Positions 25,863 through 34,913 of a DNA stretch of 52,983 nt are shown here, in pieces (position 1 is the stretch's first letter; every line of letters begins with the position of its first letter). Location of the stretch: NCBI GenBank assembly GCA_016186095.1, contig JACPMG010000011.1, positions 1-52,983 on the forward strand. Direction: 5' to 3'. Origin of the DNA: Candidatus Sungiibacteriota bacterium (lineage in GTDB: Bacteria > Patescibacteriota > Minisyncoccia > Sungbacterales > HO2-52-23). The notes below the pieces were generated by a model, which saw nothing but the letters and a program-made list of their open reading frames with translations, was not told where the DNA came from and did not search any database. Position numbers and translations under genes: made by a program.

Positions 25863-26966
25863 ACGGGTGGTGATTTCTCTTAAGGCCAGTCCGGCAGCGA
25901 CCGAGAAACTGGGACCGATTTCCCGCAAGGTGGGCTGCATAAAAGCCGGCGTTACCATTCGCGCAAATGGGTTTCCCCGCGACACTTCCACCCCGAACTT
26001 TCCGCTTACATAATCCACAATACCTTTAAGATTTGAGCCGCCGCCCGTAAGGTTGATTTTCTGAATTTTCCTCGGCGCCTTTCGATTGTAGAGGGCGATC
26101 ATACGCTCTATTTCAGCAAACAGGGTTTCTACGAGGGGAGCCATAATGGAAGTTATTTCCCGTTCCTCGATTCTCTCGGAAAGGCCGGTTGTCCGTTTGA
26201 TTTCCTCCGCGCGTTCCCTGGTAATATTCATGCCTCGCTCCAGCGCCCTTGTCAGCTCCTGCGATCCACGGCTGAAGTTGTGGGATATGCGTACCCGTCC
26301 TCTGTCTACCAGCGAAAGCGTGGTTGAGGTCTGGCCTAAATTTATAATAGCGGTGGGCGTGGGATCTGTCCCCATTAAGGAACGTACGATGCTGAATGTT
26401 TCAACCTCCAGGGCTCTCGCATGAATTCCAGCAAGCTCAGCGACGCGTTTGTATTTTTCCACTATCTCGCGGGGTACGGCCACCAGCAATACGTCAATCG
26501 TATCCGTCTCCGCCTCGGACTCAAATATATCCCAGTCAAGTACTACCTCTGCGGCGGGAATTGGCACGTATTTTCTCGCTTCATACGGGACGGCCGCGTC
26601 TATTTCTCTCTTAGAGATTCGCGGGAAAGATATTAAGGTTATGAAACTTGCTTCTGCCGGTACGGAAAGCACGGCCTCTTTTGTCGTAACATTCGATTCC
26701 CTAAGAAGATCTTTAAGGAGCGAGGATATATCGCTGTCAAGATAGCGTAAAAATCCCCCTCCGCCGCCGGCGCTTTTTAAATATCCCTCGGTAAGCAGTT
26801 CGCCGTAGGTCTCCAATATGGCGCGTTCGGACTCATACTTTAATTGTACCACCTTGGCCGAATGTGTTCCAATGTCAATGCCAATAACGCTCGTGGGTTT
26901 ACCGAATATAAACCCGAGCGAAAATTTGGGAAAAGTAATTTTTTTGAAAAAGGGGATATCCACCAT
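25860..26966 (-). CDS. pilM: Type IV pilus assembly protein PilM
   Basis: IGIDIG...KVV, EARKYVP, LLVAVP, LTGGGS, AAGLALR actin-like motifs. Confidence 0.95.
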   Translation of the reverse strand: MVDIPFFKKITFPKFSLGFIFGKPTSVIGIDIGTHSAKVVQLKYESERAILETYGELLTEGYLKSAGGGGGFLRYLDSDISSLLKDLLRESNVTTKEAVLSVPAEASFITLISFPRISKREIDAAVPYEARKYVPIPAAEVVLDWDIFESEAETDTIDVLLVAVPREIVEKYKRVAELAGIHARALEVETFSIVRSLMGTDPTPTAIINLGQTSTTLSLVDRGRVRISHNFSRGSQELTRALERGMNITRERAEEIKRTTGLSERIEEREITSIMAPLVETLFAEIERMIALYNRKAPRKIQKINLTGGGSNLKGIVDYVSGKFGVEVSRGNPFARMVTPAFMQPTLREIGPSFSVAAGLALREITTR

Positions 26967-27021
26967 CTGCTGTCCATTATATGATATTTTCAGCCGCAGA
27001 GCACTAGTTTATAATACCTCT

Positions 27022-27735
27022 ATGTCAATTTTATCCCTTAAAAAAGCCATTCTGGACCTTGTTTTCCCGGTTCGGTGTCTTGGCTGCGGCCAGGAGGGTG
27101 ATTTTTGTTGTGTATCTTGCCGATCCCGACTCTATTTCATTCCTCCGACCTGCTTTGTATGCAAAAAGATGGTTCCGGCTAAGAAAAGAGCTCCTCCCGG
27201 AAGAACCTGTACTGCGTGCCGTAAAAAGTCCAGTATATACGCGTTTTTATCCCCATTTTTATATAATGATGAGGTCATACGCGGACTGGTTTCTTCACTG
27301 AAATATCAGAGAGTTAAGTCCTTGGGCCCGACATTGGGCGATATGCTTACGGAATATCAGCAGAAATTTGATGTTTCCCTGCCCAGGGGCGCCCTTTTTA
27401 TACCTATTCCGCTTCATACCGGCAGACAGCGCATTCGCGGCTTTAATCAGGCCGAACTCATTGCCAAGCGTCTCGGAGAACGCTTGGGCCTCGCCATGGA
27501 GACAGGAGCTTTACTAAAGGTCAAAAAAACAACTCCGCAGGTGGAGTTATCGGCCGAGGAAAGGCGCAAAAATGTGATAGATACATTTGCCGTGAGCAAG
27601 GCCATGGCCGTAAAAGGGAGAACCGTTTTACTGCTTGATGACGTGAAGACGACCGGCGCCACCCTGGAGGAGGCGGCGCGAGTATTGAAAGAGGCCGGAG
27701 CCAAAAAGATATGGGCGATTACCGTTGCTCATTAA
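27022..27735 (+). CDS. comF: Competence protein ComF (double zinc ribbon plus PRTase)
   Basis: LDLVFP.RCLGC, CFVC..CTAC, PIPLH..R...RGFNQA, LLDDVKTTGATL. Start placed at ATG 27022. Confidence 0.93.
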   Translation: MSILSLKKAILDLVFPVRCLGCGQEGDFCCVSCRSRLYFIPPTCFVCKKMVPAKKRAPPGRTCTACRKKSSIYAFLSPFLYNDEVIRGLVSSLKYQRVKSLGPTLGDMLTEYQQKFDVSLPRGALFIPIPLHTGRQRIRGFNQAELIAKRLGERLGLAMETGALLKVKKTTPQVELSAEERRKNVIDTFAVSKAMAVKGRTVLLLDDVKTTGATLEEAARVLKEAGAKKIWAITVAH

Positions 27736-27763
27736 ATAAAACACCGCTGGGCGAGCCAGGCGG

Positions 27764-28144
27764 TTAGGTAAAGATTTTTTTCAGTGCTTCGGTGCCGAAC
27801 CCTTGCACCAACGCAAGGTCAGGTTTTGTAACCCGTAGGAGCTGCTTATTAGAATATGCACGCCTGTTACGAATTATACGGTTTCCGTCCAGGCCTTCCC
27901 TGCCGTTCAATACAACATAAGGGGCTGCGGTTGCAAAAAGCGTTCGGTTACGCATCCTCCTAATTCTTTTGAGCGATCTTTTCAGAAGATCAAGCATTTT
28001 TTGTTTTGCGGCCATATCATCTTTTGCTTCGAAATCAATGTCTTTGATAAGTAAGCGGGGTGAACGGCGAGGGGTATCCAGAAAGATCAATATTAAGTTC
28101 CACTTTTCCTTTCCATCCGCAGTCAGCGCTCTTTCAAGAGCCAT
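27764..28144 (-). CDS. Basic hypothetical protein
   Basis: 126-aa ORF occupying the gap between comF and the pilB terminator. Confidence 0.5.
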   Translation of the reverse strand: MALERALTADGKEKWNLILIFLDTPRRSPRLLIKDIDFEAKDDMAAKQKMLDLLKRSLKRIRRMRNRTLFATAAPYVVLNGREGLDGNRIIRNRRAYSNKQLLRVTKPDLALVQGFGTEALKKIFT

Positions 28145-28254
28145 GCCTTGGTCTCCAGTTCAAAAAATCAAGAGCCAAAACAAAAATAGCACAACCCGTG
28201 CTTTTTGTCCATGTTGTGTTTTGTAGACATCAGGTGTCTACACAGATGCAAAAG

Positions 28255-28284
28255 TTCAATACGCCACCCGGGTGGCGTATTGAA
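28255..28284. terminator. Perfect 30-bp palindrome downstream of the second PilB (terminator-like)
   Basis: ttcaatacgccaccc|gggtggcgtattgaa; a second hairpin tgtagacat/gtgtctaca lies at 28222-28242. Confidence 0.6.
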
Positions 28285-28305
28285 AAACTTCAGCATGGTG
28301 CGTTT

Positions 28306-30063
28306 TTATTCGCTAGTAACCCGCAATACCTCCTCAATGGATGTTATCTTTTGCGCGGCTTTGATGAATCCTTCCTCGAGCATGGTGAGCATGCCTTCTT
28401 CCCGGCCCCGTTTTTCAATATCATCCGACGTTGAGTTTTTCATGACGAGTTCCTTTATGGATTCGGACATCTCCAACACCTCATGTATTCCAATCCGGCC
28501 TTTATACCCTTCGGGACACTCTTCTCCTTTTTGCGGCCTTCCCCATTCCACTTTCTCAATGGCGGTTTTCGCGTCAACTATTTTTTCGCGTTTCAAAACC
28601 TCCAGTACACGATCAAGATTAATGTCTTTTTGGAGACTGGTGATTTCTCCACGCGATAGCTTGTAGGCTTCATGCTCTGGGCATAACCGCCGTACTAAAC
28701 GTTGCGAGATGATGGCGGTGACAGTAGAGGCAATCAAAAACGGCTCTACCTTCATGTCCAGTAACCGCGGGAGCGCTCCGGCCGCGGAATTAGTATGCAG
28801 AGTCGATAGCACTAAATGGCCGGTGAGCGCTGCGTTTATGGCGAGCCCCGCGGTTTCATTATCGCGGATCTCGCCCACCATGATTATATTTGGATCCTGG
28901 CGCAGGAGCGAACGCAGGCCGTTGGCAAAAGATAGTCCAATGTCCGGGCGGACCTGCGTTTGGTTTATATGCGGGATGCGATATTCGATCGGATCTTCAA
29001 CGGTGGAGATATTGACGCCGGGCTTATTCAGCATTTCCAGAATCGTATAAAGAGTGGTGGTTTTTCCCGAGCCGGTGGGGCCGGTGGCTAGTATTATTCC
29101 GGTCGGACGCCTGATGGCGCGCTGGATTCTTTCTAGGTTCTCGCCCCAAAATCCGAGCTCCTCCAGAGCAAATCCTTTAACGCTTTCCGGCAGAAGCCGC
29201 ATCACTATTTTTTCTCCGTCAAATACCGGCAGTACAGATACGCGGAAAGAAATCCTGTATTCTTCATTTTCAACTTTAAATCTGCCGTCCTGCGGCAGGC
29301 GGTGCTCGTCGAGTTTTAGATTGGACATTACTTTGATGCGCGCGACCAGGCCCGGGGCGATTTGTTTGGGAAGAGTCATCGCGTCGTGCAGTATCCCGTC
29401 TATGCGGTAGCGTACCAGTACCTCTTTTTCCATGGGCTCGACGTGTATGTCAGAGGCGCTTTGCAATATGGCGTGGCGGATTAGGGTATCCACGATGCGG
29501 ATAACCGGAAGATCTTCGGCCAGTTTTTTTAAATTCTCCGTTTCTGTATCTCCTTTATCTCCTCTTGTCTCCGTCGCGACTTTGAGTGTGTCCGCCTCTT
29601 TCTTAAGAATTTCTCCGAACTCTGCTTCCAGCGTCTTCTGATATTGTCGTAGAATATGCTGTATTGATTCACTCGTGGTCAGGCGGGGAAGAATCCGCAG
29701 GCCCTCTTTTTTCCGGATAAACTCTATAGTTTGAATATCGTCCGGGTCGATCATGGCCACCTCTAAATCGCCGTCCGTTTTTTTGAAAGCAATTATATTG
29801 TGCTTGCGGGCTATGGGCTCGGGTATAATGCGAAGAATTTGTGGAGGGATTGTCTCGCGGGTGAGATCAACAAAGGGTATGCCAAGTATATAGGCCTCAA
29901 GGCGTTTAAGTTCGTCTTCCTTGGCGTAACCTTTATTGAGCAGGACCTCGCGTAGTGTCTTGCCCAGTTTTACCGCTTCTTCTTCCGCTTCTTTCAAGAG
30001 ATCGGTTTTGATGAGCCCTGAGTCCAGGAGAAATGCTTTGAGTTGAGATTCTTCAACGCGCAT
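28306..30063 (-). CDS. pilB: PilB/GspE-family assembly ATPase, intact
   Basis: ASDIHVEP, PQDGRF, GPTGSGKTTT, LRQDPN, ALTGHLVLSTLHTN, GYKGR. Confidence 0.95.
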   Translation of the reverse strand: MRVEESQLKAFLLDSGLIKTDLLKEAEEEAVKLGKTLREVLLNKGYAKEDELKRLEAYILGIPFVDLTRETIPPQILRIIPEPIARKHNIIAFKKTDGDLEVAMIDPDDIQTIEFIRKKEGLRILPRLTTSESIQHILRQYQKTLEAEFGEILKKEADTLKVATETRGDKGDTETENLKKLAEDLPVIRIVDTLIRHAILQSASDIHVEPMEKEVLVRYRIDGILHDAMTLPKQIAPGLVARIKVMSNLKLDEHRLPQDGRFKVENEEYRISFRVSVLPVFDGEKIVMRLLPESVKGFALEELGFWGENLERIQRAIRRPTGIILATGPTGSGKTTTLYTILEMLNKPGVNISTVEDPIEYRIPHINQTQVRPDIGLSFANGLRSLLRQDPNIIMVGEIRDNETAGLAINAALTGHLVLSTLHTNSAAGALPRLLDMKVEPFLIASTVTAIISQRLVRRLCPEHEAYKLSRGEITSLQKDINLDRVLEVLKREKIVDAKTAIEKVEWGRPQKGEECPEGYKGRIGIHEVLEMSESIKELVMKNSTSDDIEKRGREEGMLTMLEEGFIKAAQKITSIEEVLRVTSE

Positions 30064-30123
30064 GCGGTCTCGATGCCAATATGCGAATGAATACCAATTA
30101 TACGAATTCGTATCATTGGTAAA

Positions 30124-30447
30124 TTAGTATATTCGTATCGATACTTTAGTGGTGGCGCCGAGCTGTAGTGCCTTCTCTACGTCCGTGCTTCCTTCAAGAT
30201 TGGTCAAAATCACCACCGGAATATTCTTGGTTGCCTCATCGCGTTTTAGCTCCTGCAAAACCTCAAAGCCGTCTTTTTTGGGCAGAATCAGATCAAGAAG
30301 GATCAAGTCCGGCTTTTCTTCTTTGGCCAAACGCAATCCGATCTCTCCGTCAAGAGCCGATGACATCTGGTATCCTTCTTCGGAAAGAATCTGGGTCGCG
30401 GCGCGTTGAAGCGCGGATTCATCCTCTATGAAAAGTATCTTCTTCAT
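30124..30447 (-). CDS. Single-domain response regulator, C-terminus apparently truncated
   Basis: IEDE, LLDLILP, LTN, ALQLGA; lacks the YxxK and final helix seen in the two neighbouring receivers. Confidence 0.85.
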   Translation of the reverse strand: MKKILFIEDESALQRAATQILSEEGYQMSSALDGEIGLRLAKEEKPDLILLDLILPKKDGFEVLQELKRDEATKNIPVVILTNLEGSTDVEKALQLGATTKVSIRIY

Positions 30448-30452
30448 GGGTT

Positions 30453-30537
30453 ACTACGAATTACGAATTTTTACGAATGTACGAATGAACAAATTAGTAT
30501 TCGTATATTCGTACTGATTAGTAATTCGTAGTGATCA
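30453..30537. repeat. TACGAAT-family junction element, copy C
   Basis: actacgaattacgaatttttacgaatgtacgaat...attcgtagtgatca. Confidence 0.85.
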
Positions 30538-30545
30538 TTATTTTG

Positions 30546-30923
30546 TTAAACATATCTTTTCGCTATAAGGGCTGATACCCTCTCCACAATTTCATCAAGA
30601 ATGAAGTGTGCCTTGATAAGGTAATCGTCTGCTCCCAATGATCTTGCTCGATCTACGTGTTCTTGTTCTCCCAGGTTGGAAAGGACGATCACCGGGATAT
30701 TTTTACTTGCCGGGTTTTTGCGGATTTCTTGCAGAATTTGGAAGCCATCCACGCCCGGCATCACGAGATCAAGCAGCACGGCGTGAGGCACTTCTTGGGC
30801 AAGATGCTCCATGGCGTCTTTGCCGCCCGCAGTTTCTTTGACCTGGAATCCTTCCCGGGCGAGTTTTTCCGCAAGAAGTTTTCGAAGGAAGGCGTCATCC
30901 TCGATTATAAGGATTTTGTACAT
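30546..30923 (-). CDS. Single-domain response regulator
   Basis: IIEDD, LLDLVMP, LSN, YLIKAH. Confidence 0.93.
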   Translation of the reverse strand: MYKILIIEDDAFLRKLLAEKLAREGFQVKETAGGKDAMEHLAQEVPHAVLLDLVMPGVDGFQILQEIRKNPASKNIPVIVLSNLGEQEHVDRARSLGADDYLIKAHFILDEIVERVSALIAKRYV

Positions 30924-30926
30924 ATA

Positions 30927-32987
30927 TTATGATGGCGTATATGGGCGGGCGGCGCGGTTATTTTTAGGAAGAGAGAATTGAAACATACTTCCTTTTCCTA
31001 CCTCTGATTCTACTTCAATGGTACCGCGGTGTCCAACGATAATGTTGTGGGAGATAAAAAGTCCTAAGCCCGATCCTCCCGGCTGCATTTTGGTGGCCTG
31101 GGACGAGCGATAGAACTTGGTAAAAAGCCGCTCACGTTCCTTCGGAGGTATGCCGATACCGGTATCTTGTATGTTTACCAGAAGCGCCTCTGGTTTTTCC
31201 TCTAGGCTTACTTGTACCTTGCCGCCGCTTGGCGTATAGGCCAAGGCGTTTTCAATGAGGTTTTGAAGCACCATCTCTATTTTTTGGCGATCCAGGGGAA
31301 TCGCGGGGAGCGGCCCTTTTGGTTTCTGAAAAAAGAGCTCTACGTTTCTCTTGGCGGCGATATCTTTGAAGGAAGAAACGGCCTTTTCCGTGAGTGACGC
31401 GAGGTCTTCTTCCAGGAAAGATAGTTCAAATCGCCCTTCTTCTATGCGCGACACGTTAAGGAGGTCGTTGACGAGCTGGATCAGGCGCTCATTGGTGTCG
31501 TAGCTTGATTGCAGATATTCTCGTTGTTCTGACTTAAGCGATCCGAGATCTCCGTCAAGGATAAGCCGGAGCGCCCATTTTACGGCCGAGAGCGGGGTAC
31601 GAAGCTGGTGGGCGGCGATGGATATGAATTCCGACTTGAGGCGCGAGAGTACTCGCTCGCGCGTCATATCCCGCAGCACAAAAAGGATTTGTCGATGGGC
31701 AGTTTCTTCTTGCGAGAGCATCACGGTATCGAGTGCCAGATAAAGCTCGGCGGGGGCAGTAATGGCCACCTCGCGCCTGGGCACGATACTTTTAAAAATT
31801 CCGTTTGGGGCATCGGTTGGAAAGAAAATTTTAGGGAGAAGCCCCCAGAAGGTATTTTTGTCATCGCCGGGACGGATGGTACGGGAAGTGATCTCTCCCT
31901 CCAGCAGAAGTAGGTCGCGAGCCCGCGCATTGGCGAGCAATACCTTTCCTTCGCTATCGGTAACAATGAGGCCGTCGCTTAAATTGGCGATGATTTCCGC
32001 CTTTTCGCCCCGTTCTTTTTTGAGTTCCCGAAAGAGTGATAGGAAGGAACGGGCGCTAAGGATGAGAAGGAAAATCAGCAGGGAGGTTATACCCGCGACA
32101 ATAAGATTTAAGCGAAGAACCGACGTTGATGCCTCAAAGAATTCCTGTTCTGGTTCCTCCGCCACCACTCCCCAGCCAAATGTTAAGGCGCGGGCAACGG
32201 CAAAAACGTTTTTGCCTCGTTCGTTGGAATAGCTGCCGGAAATAATCCGGATAGGATTCCCGGATTCTTCCCGAAGAATTTCTGCGATTATCTCTCGATT
32301 TTTTAAGCTGGCCACGGTGAGCGCGAATTGCCTGTCCGGATGCGCGACAAGATTCCCCATGCTGTCCACTACGTAAACTGCTCCCCGGGCGCCGACCTTA
32401 ATTTGCGAGACCGCATCCCATATTTTACGAAGATCAAGATCGGCCATCATAACGCCGATCACTATATCAATTTCATCCATGATAGGAATGGCAAGTTGGG
32501 TGGCGGGGATTGCGCCGAAACTCACCCGTGCTCTGCCTACATGAGAACGCCCGGCGCGCGCGTTTTCAAAAGCATCTTCGCCTACGGCCTCTTTCAGGTC
32601 CTGCTTGCCAAATGTGACTAATCGGGAGGAGACGGTGAGATCTTTGCCCGCGGCATTCAGAATCCGTATTTTTTGAAACTCCGGATAACGATGTAGGAAG
32701 AGAGAGGCCTTCTCCTCGCGGCTGACAGGATCAGAAAAATCTATGGCTACACTGCTGGCGAGTTCTTCCAATAGGAGGAATCGTGTGTTAACAAATCCAT
32801 CCAGCTCCACGGCGGCGCGTTCAAGTATGGCCGTGTGGCTTTCAAGCTCCTTGGCGACAATAGATTGATAGTTTGAAAAAGAAAGAAAGGCGTACAGACC
32901 CAAAAGCGCGAGCCCGATGCCGATGACGCTCGCGGTAAGATAGGCTTCTGACGCCCGAAGTGATCGTAGAGGGCTAGGGATTGCCAT
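30927..32987 (-). CDS. Sensor histidine kinase (TM-Cache-TM-PAS-HisKA-HATPase)
   Basis: VYVVD..G.LVAHPD (Cache-like), DGLIV.D..G...LAN (PAS), AHQLRTP, NLIENA, DTGIGI, GSGLGL. Confidence 0.93.
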   Translation of the reverse strand: MAIPSPLRSLRASEAYLTASVIGIGLALLGLYAFLSFSNYQSIVAKELESHTAILERAAVELDGFVNTRFLLLEELASSVAIDFSDPVSREEKASLFLHRYPEFQKIRILNAAGKDLTVSSRLVTFGKQDLKEAVGEDAFENARAGRSHVGRARVSFGAIPATQLAIPIMDEIDIVIGVMMADLDLRKIWDAVSQIKVGARGAVYVVDSMGNLVAHPDRQFALTVASLKNREIIAEILREESGNPIRIISGSYSNERGKNVFAVARALTFGWGVVAEEPEQEFFEASTSVLRLNLIVAGITSLLIFLLILSARSFLSLFRELKKERGEKAEIIANLSDGLIVTDSEGKVLLANARARDLLLLEGEITSRTIRPGDDKNTFWGLLPKIFFPTDAPNGIFKSIVPRREVAITAPAELYLALDTVMLSQEETAHRQILFVLRDMTRERVLSRLKSEFISIAAHQLRTPLSAVKWALRLILDGDLGSLKSEQREYLQSSYDTNERLIQLVNDLLNVSRIEEGRFELSFLEEDLASLTEKAVSSFKDIAAKRNVELFFQKPKGPLPAIPLDRQKIEMVLQNLIENALAYTPSGGKVQVSLEEKPEALLVNIQDTGIGIPPKERERLFTKFYRSSQATKMQPGGSGLGLFISHNIIVGHRGTIEVESEVGKGSMFQFSLPKNNRAARPYTPS

Positions 32988-33841
32988 CGATGAGGAGATC
33001 GGCTTTACGAAGCAGCGATTCCGGGAAAATTACCCCGATCTCGCGCGCTGTTTTTTTATTTAACACCAGTAGGAGTCGGCGCGGCGCGTCAATCGGCAGA
33101 AGCGATGGATCCGCTCCGCGTAAGATTTTGTCCGCGTATATTGCCGATTGTTCACCGGACACAAAATAGTTAGGTCCGTAACCCAAAAGACCCCCTTTCT
33201 CCACCATATCTTTATCGAATACGGCAAATGGCAGTTTTTCTTTTTTTGCCTGTTCAATCTAGGTCTAGCTTTCGGGCGGCCTCGAGCGCGGAGTCGTAAG
33301 AGCTTGCTCCCGGGATGTCTTCGGGCGTGAACGGTATAGCCACTTTTTTTATCTTCGGTACAGCTTCTTTGAGAAATTCAAGGCGTTTGGCGGCCAGGGG
33401 AGAAGAGAGAGAAGAAACTCCGGTAACATTTTTCCCCGGCCTTTGCGGGGATTCAATGACGCCCGAAGCCAAGGGGTCGCCCATTGAGCCAAAAACAATA
33501 GGGACGGTTTTGGTGAGTTTGTGCGCTTCCACGGTCGCCGGAGTTGAATAGATGTGCAGGAGGTCCACCCCCTCTTTAAGTATTCCGGATATTACCGAGG
33601 GGAGTTCTTCCCGTTTTTCCACGAAATTAATACGATAAATGATGTTCTTCCCCTCCTCATACCCCAGTTCTTTCATTTTGCTTCGGAACCCTTCCACTCC
33701 CGGCCGGTACGATTCGCCGCGGACTATTATGCCAACCGTATAAGTTTTTGGGGGTTCTATGGGCTTTTTAAAAAAATTCAGCACTGCCGACCATCCGCCC
33801 AGGAGTAAAACGACAATGGCTATGGGTATTATTTTTTCCAT
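32974..33841 (-). pseudogene. ABC-type substrate-binding protein (COG2984-like), split by an internal deletion/frameshift near 33255
   Basis: GYEEGKNI, PIVF...DP, RPGKNVTG, KRLE.LKE in the 5' part; GGLL.YG, KILRGADP..LPI, LVLN.KTAREIG in the 3' part in another frame. Confidence 0.8.
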
Positions 33842-33851
33842 AGGCGAAGTT

Positions 33852-34817
33852 TTATTTTATTATCGGCAAGGCAAACCAGAAGGTGCTTCCCTTTCCTTCC
33901 TCGGAGCGAAATCCTATTTTTCCGTCCATGGCTTCGATTATTGATTTGGCGATATAAAGGCCTATGCCCGTGCCTTCGGTTTGATGGCGGATGCCATTCT
34001 GGGCGCGGAAGAATTTCTGAAAAATAAATTTTTGTTGTGCCTGCGGTATGCCCACGCCAGTATCGGTAACGGCCAGTTCAACCGTGCCGTCTTTCTCCCG
34101 GATGGAGACGGTAACCCGACCGTTGCCGCGGCTGTAACGAATAGCATTATCAACAAAATTTTGTATCACCATCAAAGTACGGTCGCGGTCTCCGTTGACT
34201 TCCGGTAGATTTTTTCCGGGCTCAAGTTCCAAAGTGACATTGGAGGCCTTGGCGTAAGCTTGGAACTCATCCATTATACTTTTGGAAAGAGCAGCGAGCG
34301 AAATCCGCTCTTTTTTTATAACAAAAGTGCGCGCTTCAATCCTGGAAACTTCCAGCAACGAATTTACCAGGCGGATCATTTTCTCGGTTGAGCCGCGCAG
34401 CGTTCCCAGAAAATTATTTTCTGGGGAGTTTTCCTGGTTATGCGATAGACGGCCCATAGCTTCAATCGTCCATTTGAATATAGAGAGCGGGGAACGCAGC
34501 TGATGTGAAACTATGGAGATGAATTCGGATTTCATGCGGTTGGCTTGCGCTATGGCATTGAATCCGGCGATGATTAGATTTCCCACTACCAGGGAGATCA
34601 CAGTTACGATTATCACCACTAGCGCCGCTATTTCCGGTTCATCCGTATATCTGGTGGCGAGAATGTATGTGGCAATCATGGAGATAACAGTAATAAGCCC
34701 CATCACCAGCACCAAAAAAGGCGGGCATTGCCAAAGTTTTAGATGAGCCGATCGGCATTCTCCTACTATATTCAGTTGTCGCGCCCAAGTAGGCATTGAT
34801 TTTAGTATATCATACAC
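33852..34817 (-). CDS. Sensor histidine kinase (2 TM, short sensor region)
   Basis: KSEFISIVSHQLRSP, NFVDNAIRY, DTGVGI, GTGIGL, GSTFWF. Confidence 0.93.
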   Translation of the reverse strand: MYDILKSMPTWARQLNIVGECRSAHLKLWQCPPFLVLVMGLITVISMIATYILATRYTDEPEIAALVVIIVTVISLVVGNLIIAGFNAIAQANRMKSEFISIVSHQLRSPLSIFKWTIEAMGRLSHNQENSPENNFLGTLRGSTEKMIRLVNSLLEVSRIEARTFVIKKERISLAALSKSIMDEFQAYAKASNVTLELEPGKNLPEVNGDRDRTLMVIQNFVDNAIRYSRGNGRVTVSIREKDGTVELAVTDTGVGIPQAQQKFIFQKFFRAQNGIRHQTEGTGIGLYIAKSIIEAMDGKIGFRSEEGKGSTFWFALPIIK

Positions 34818-34913
34818 GCATAAGAGGTGACATAATTTTGCTCCACAGGCTCTTGATTTTTTAAATCAATATGCTACTGATAACATCAGCGACAAGTACC
34901 TTGAGGTGAGAAA

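Noticed and set aside
26818..27021. Long N-terminal extension of ComF in the ORF track
   Set aside because: It overlaps pilM on the opposite strand; family similarity begins at ATG 27022.
24189..30537. TACGAAT repeats as a CRISPR array
   Set aside because: Copies are separated by whole genes, not 25-45 bp spacers, and no cas genes are present.
33254..33256. TGA read-through (genetic code 25 or selenocysteine) in the SBP gene
   Set aside because: The downstream half is in a different frame, and TGA is used as a normal stop elsewhere (ligase, pilM, tig).
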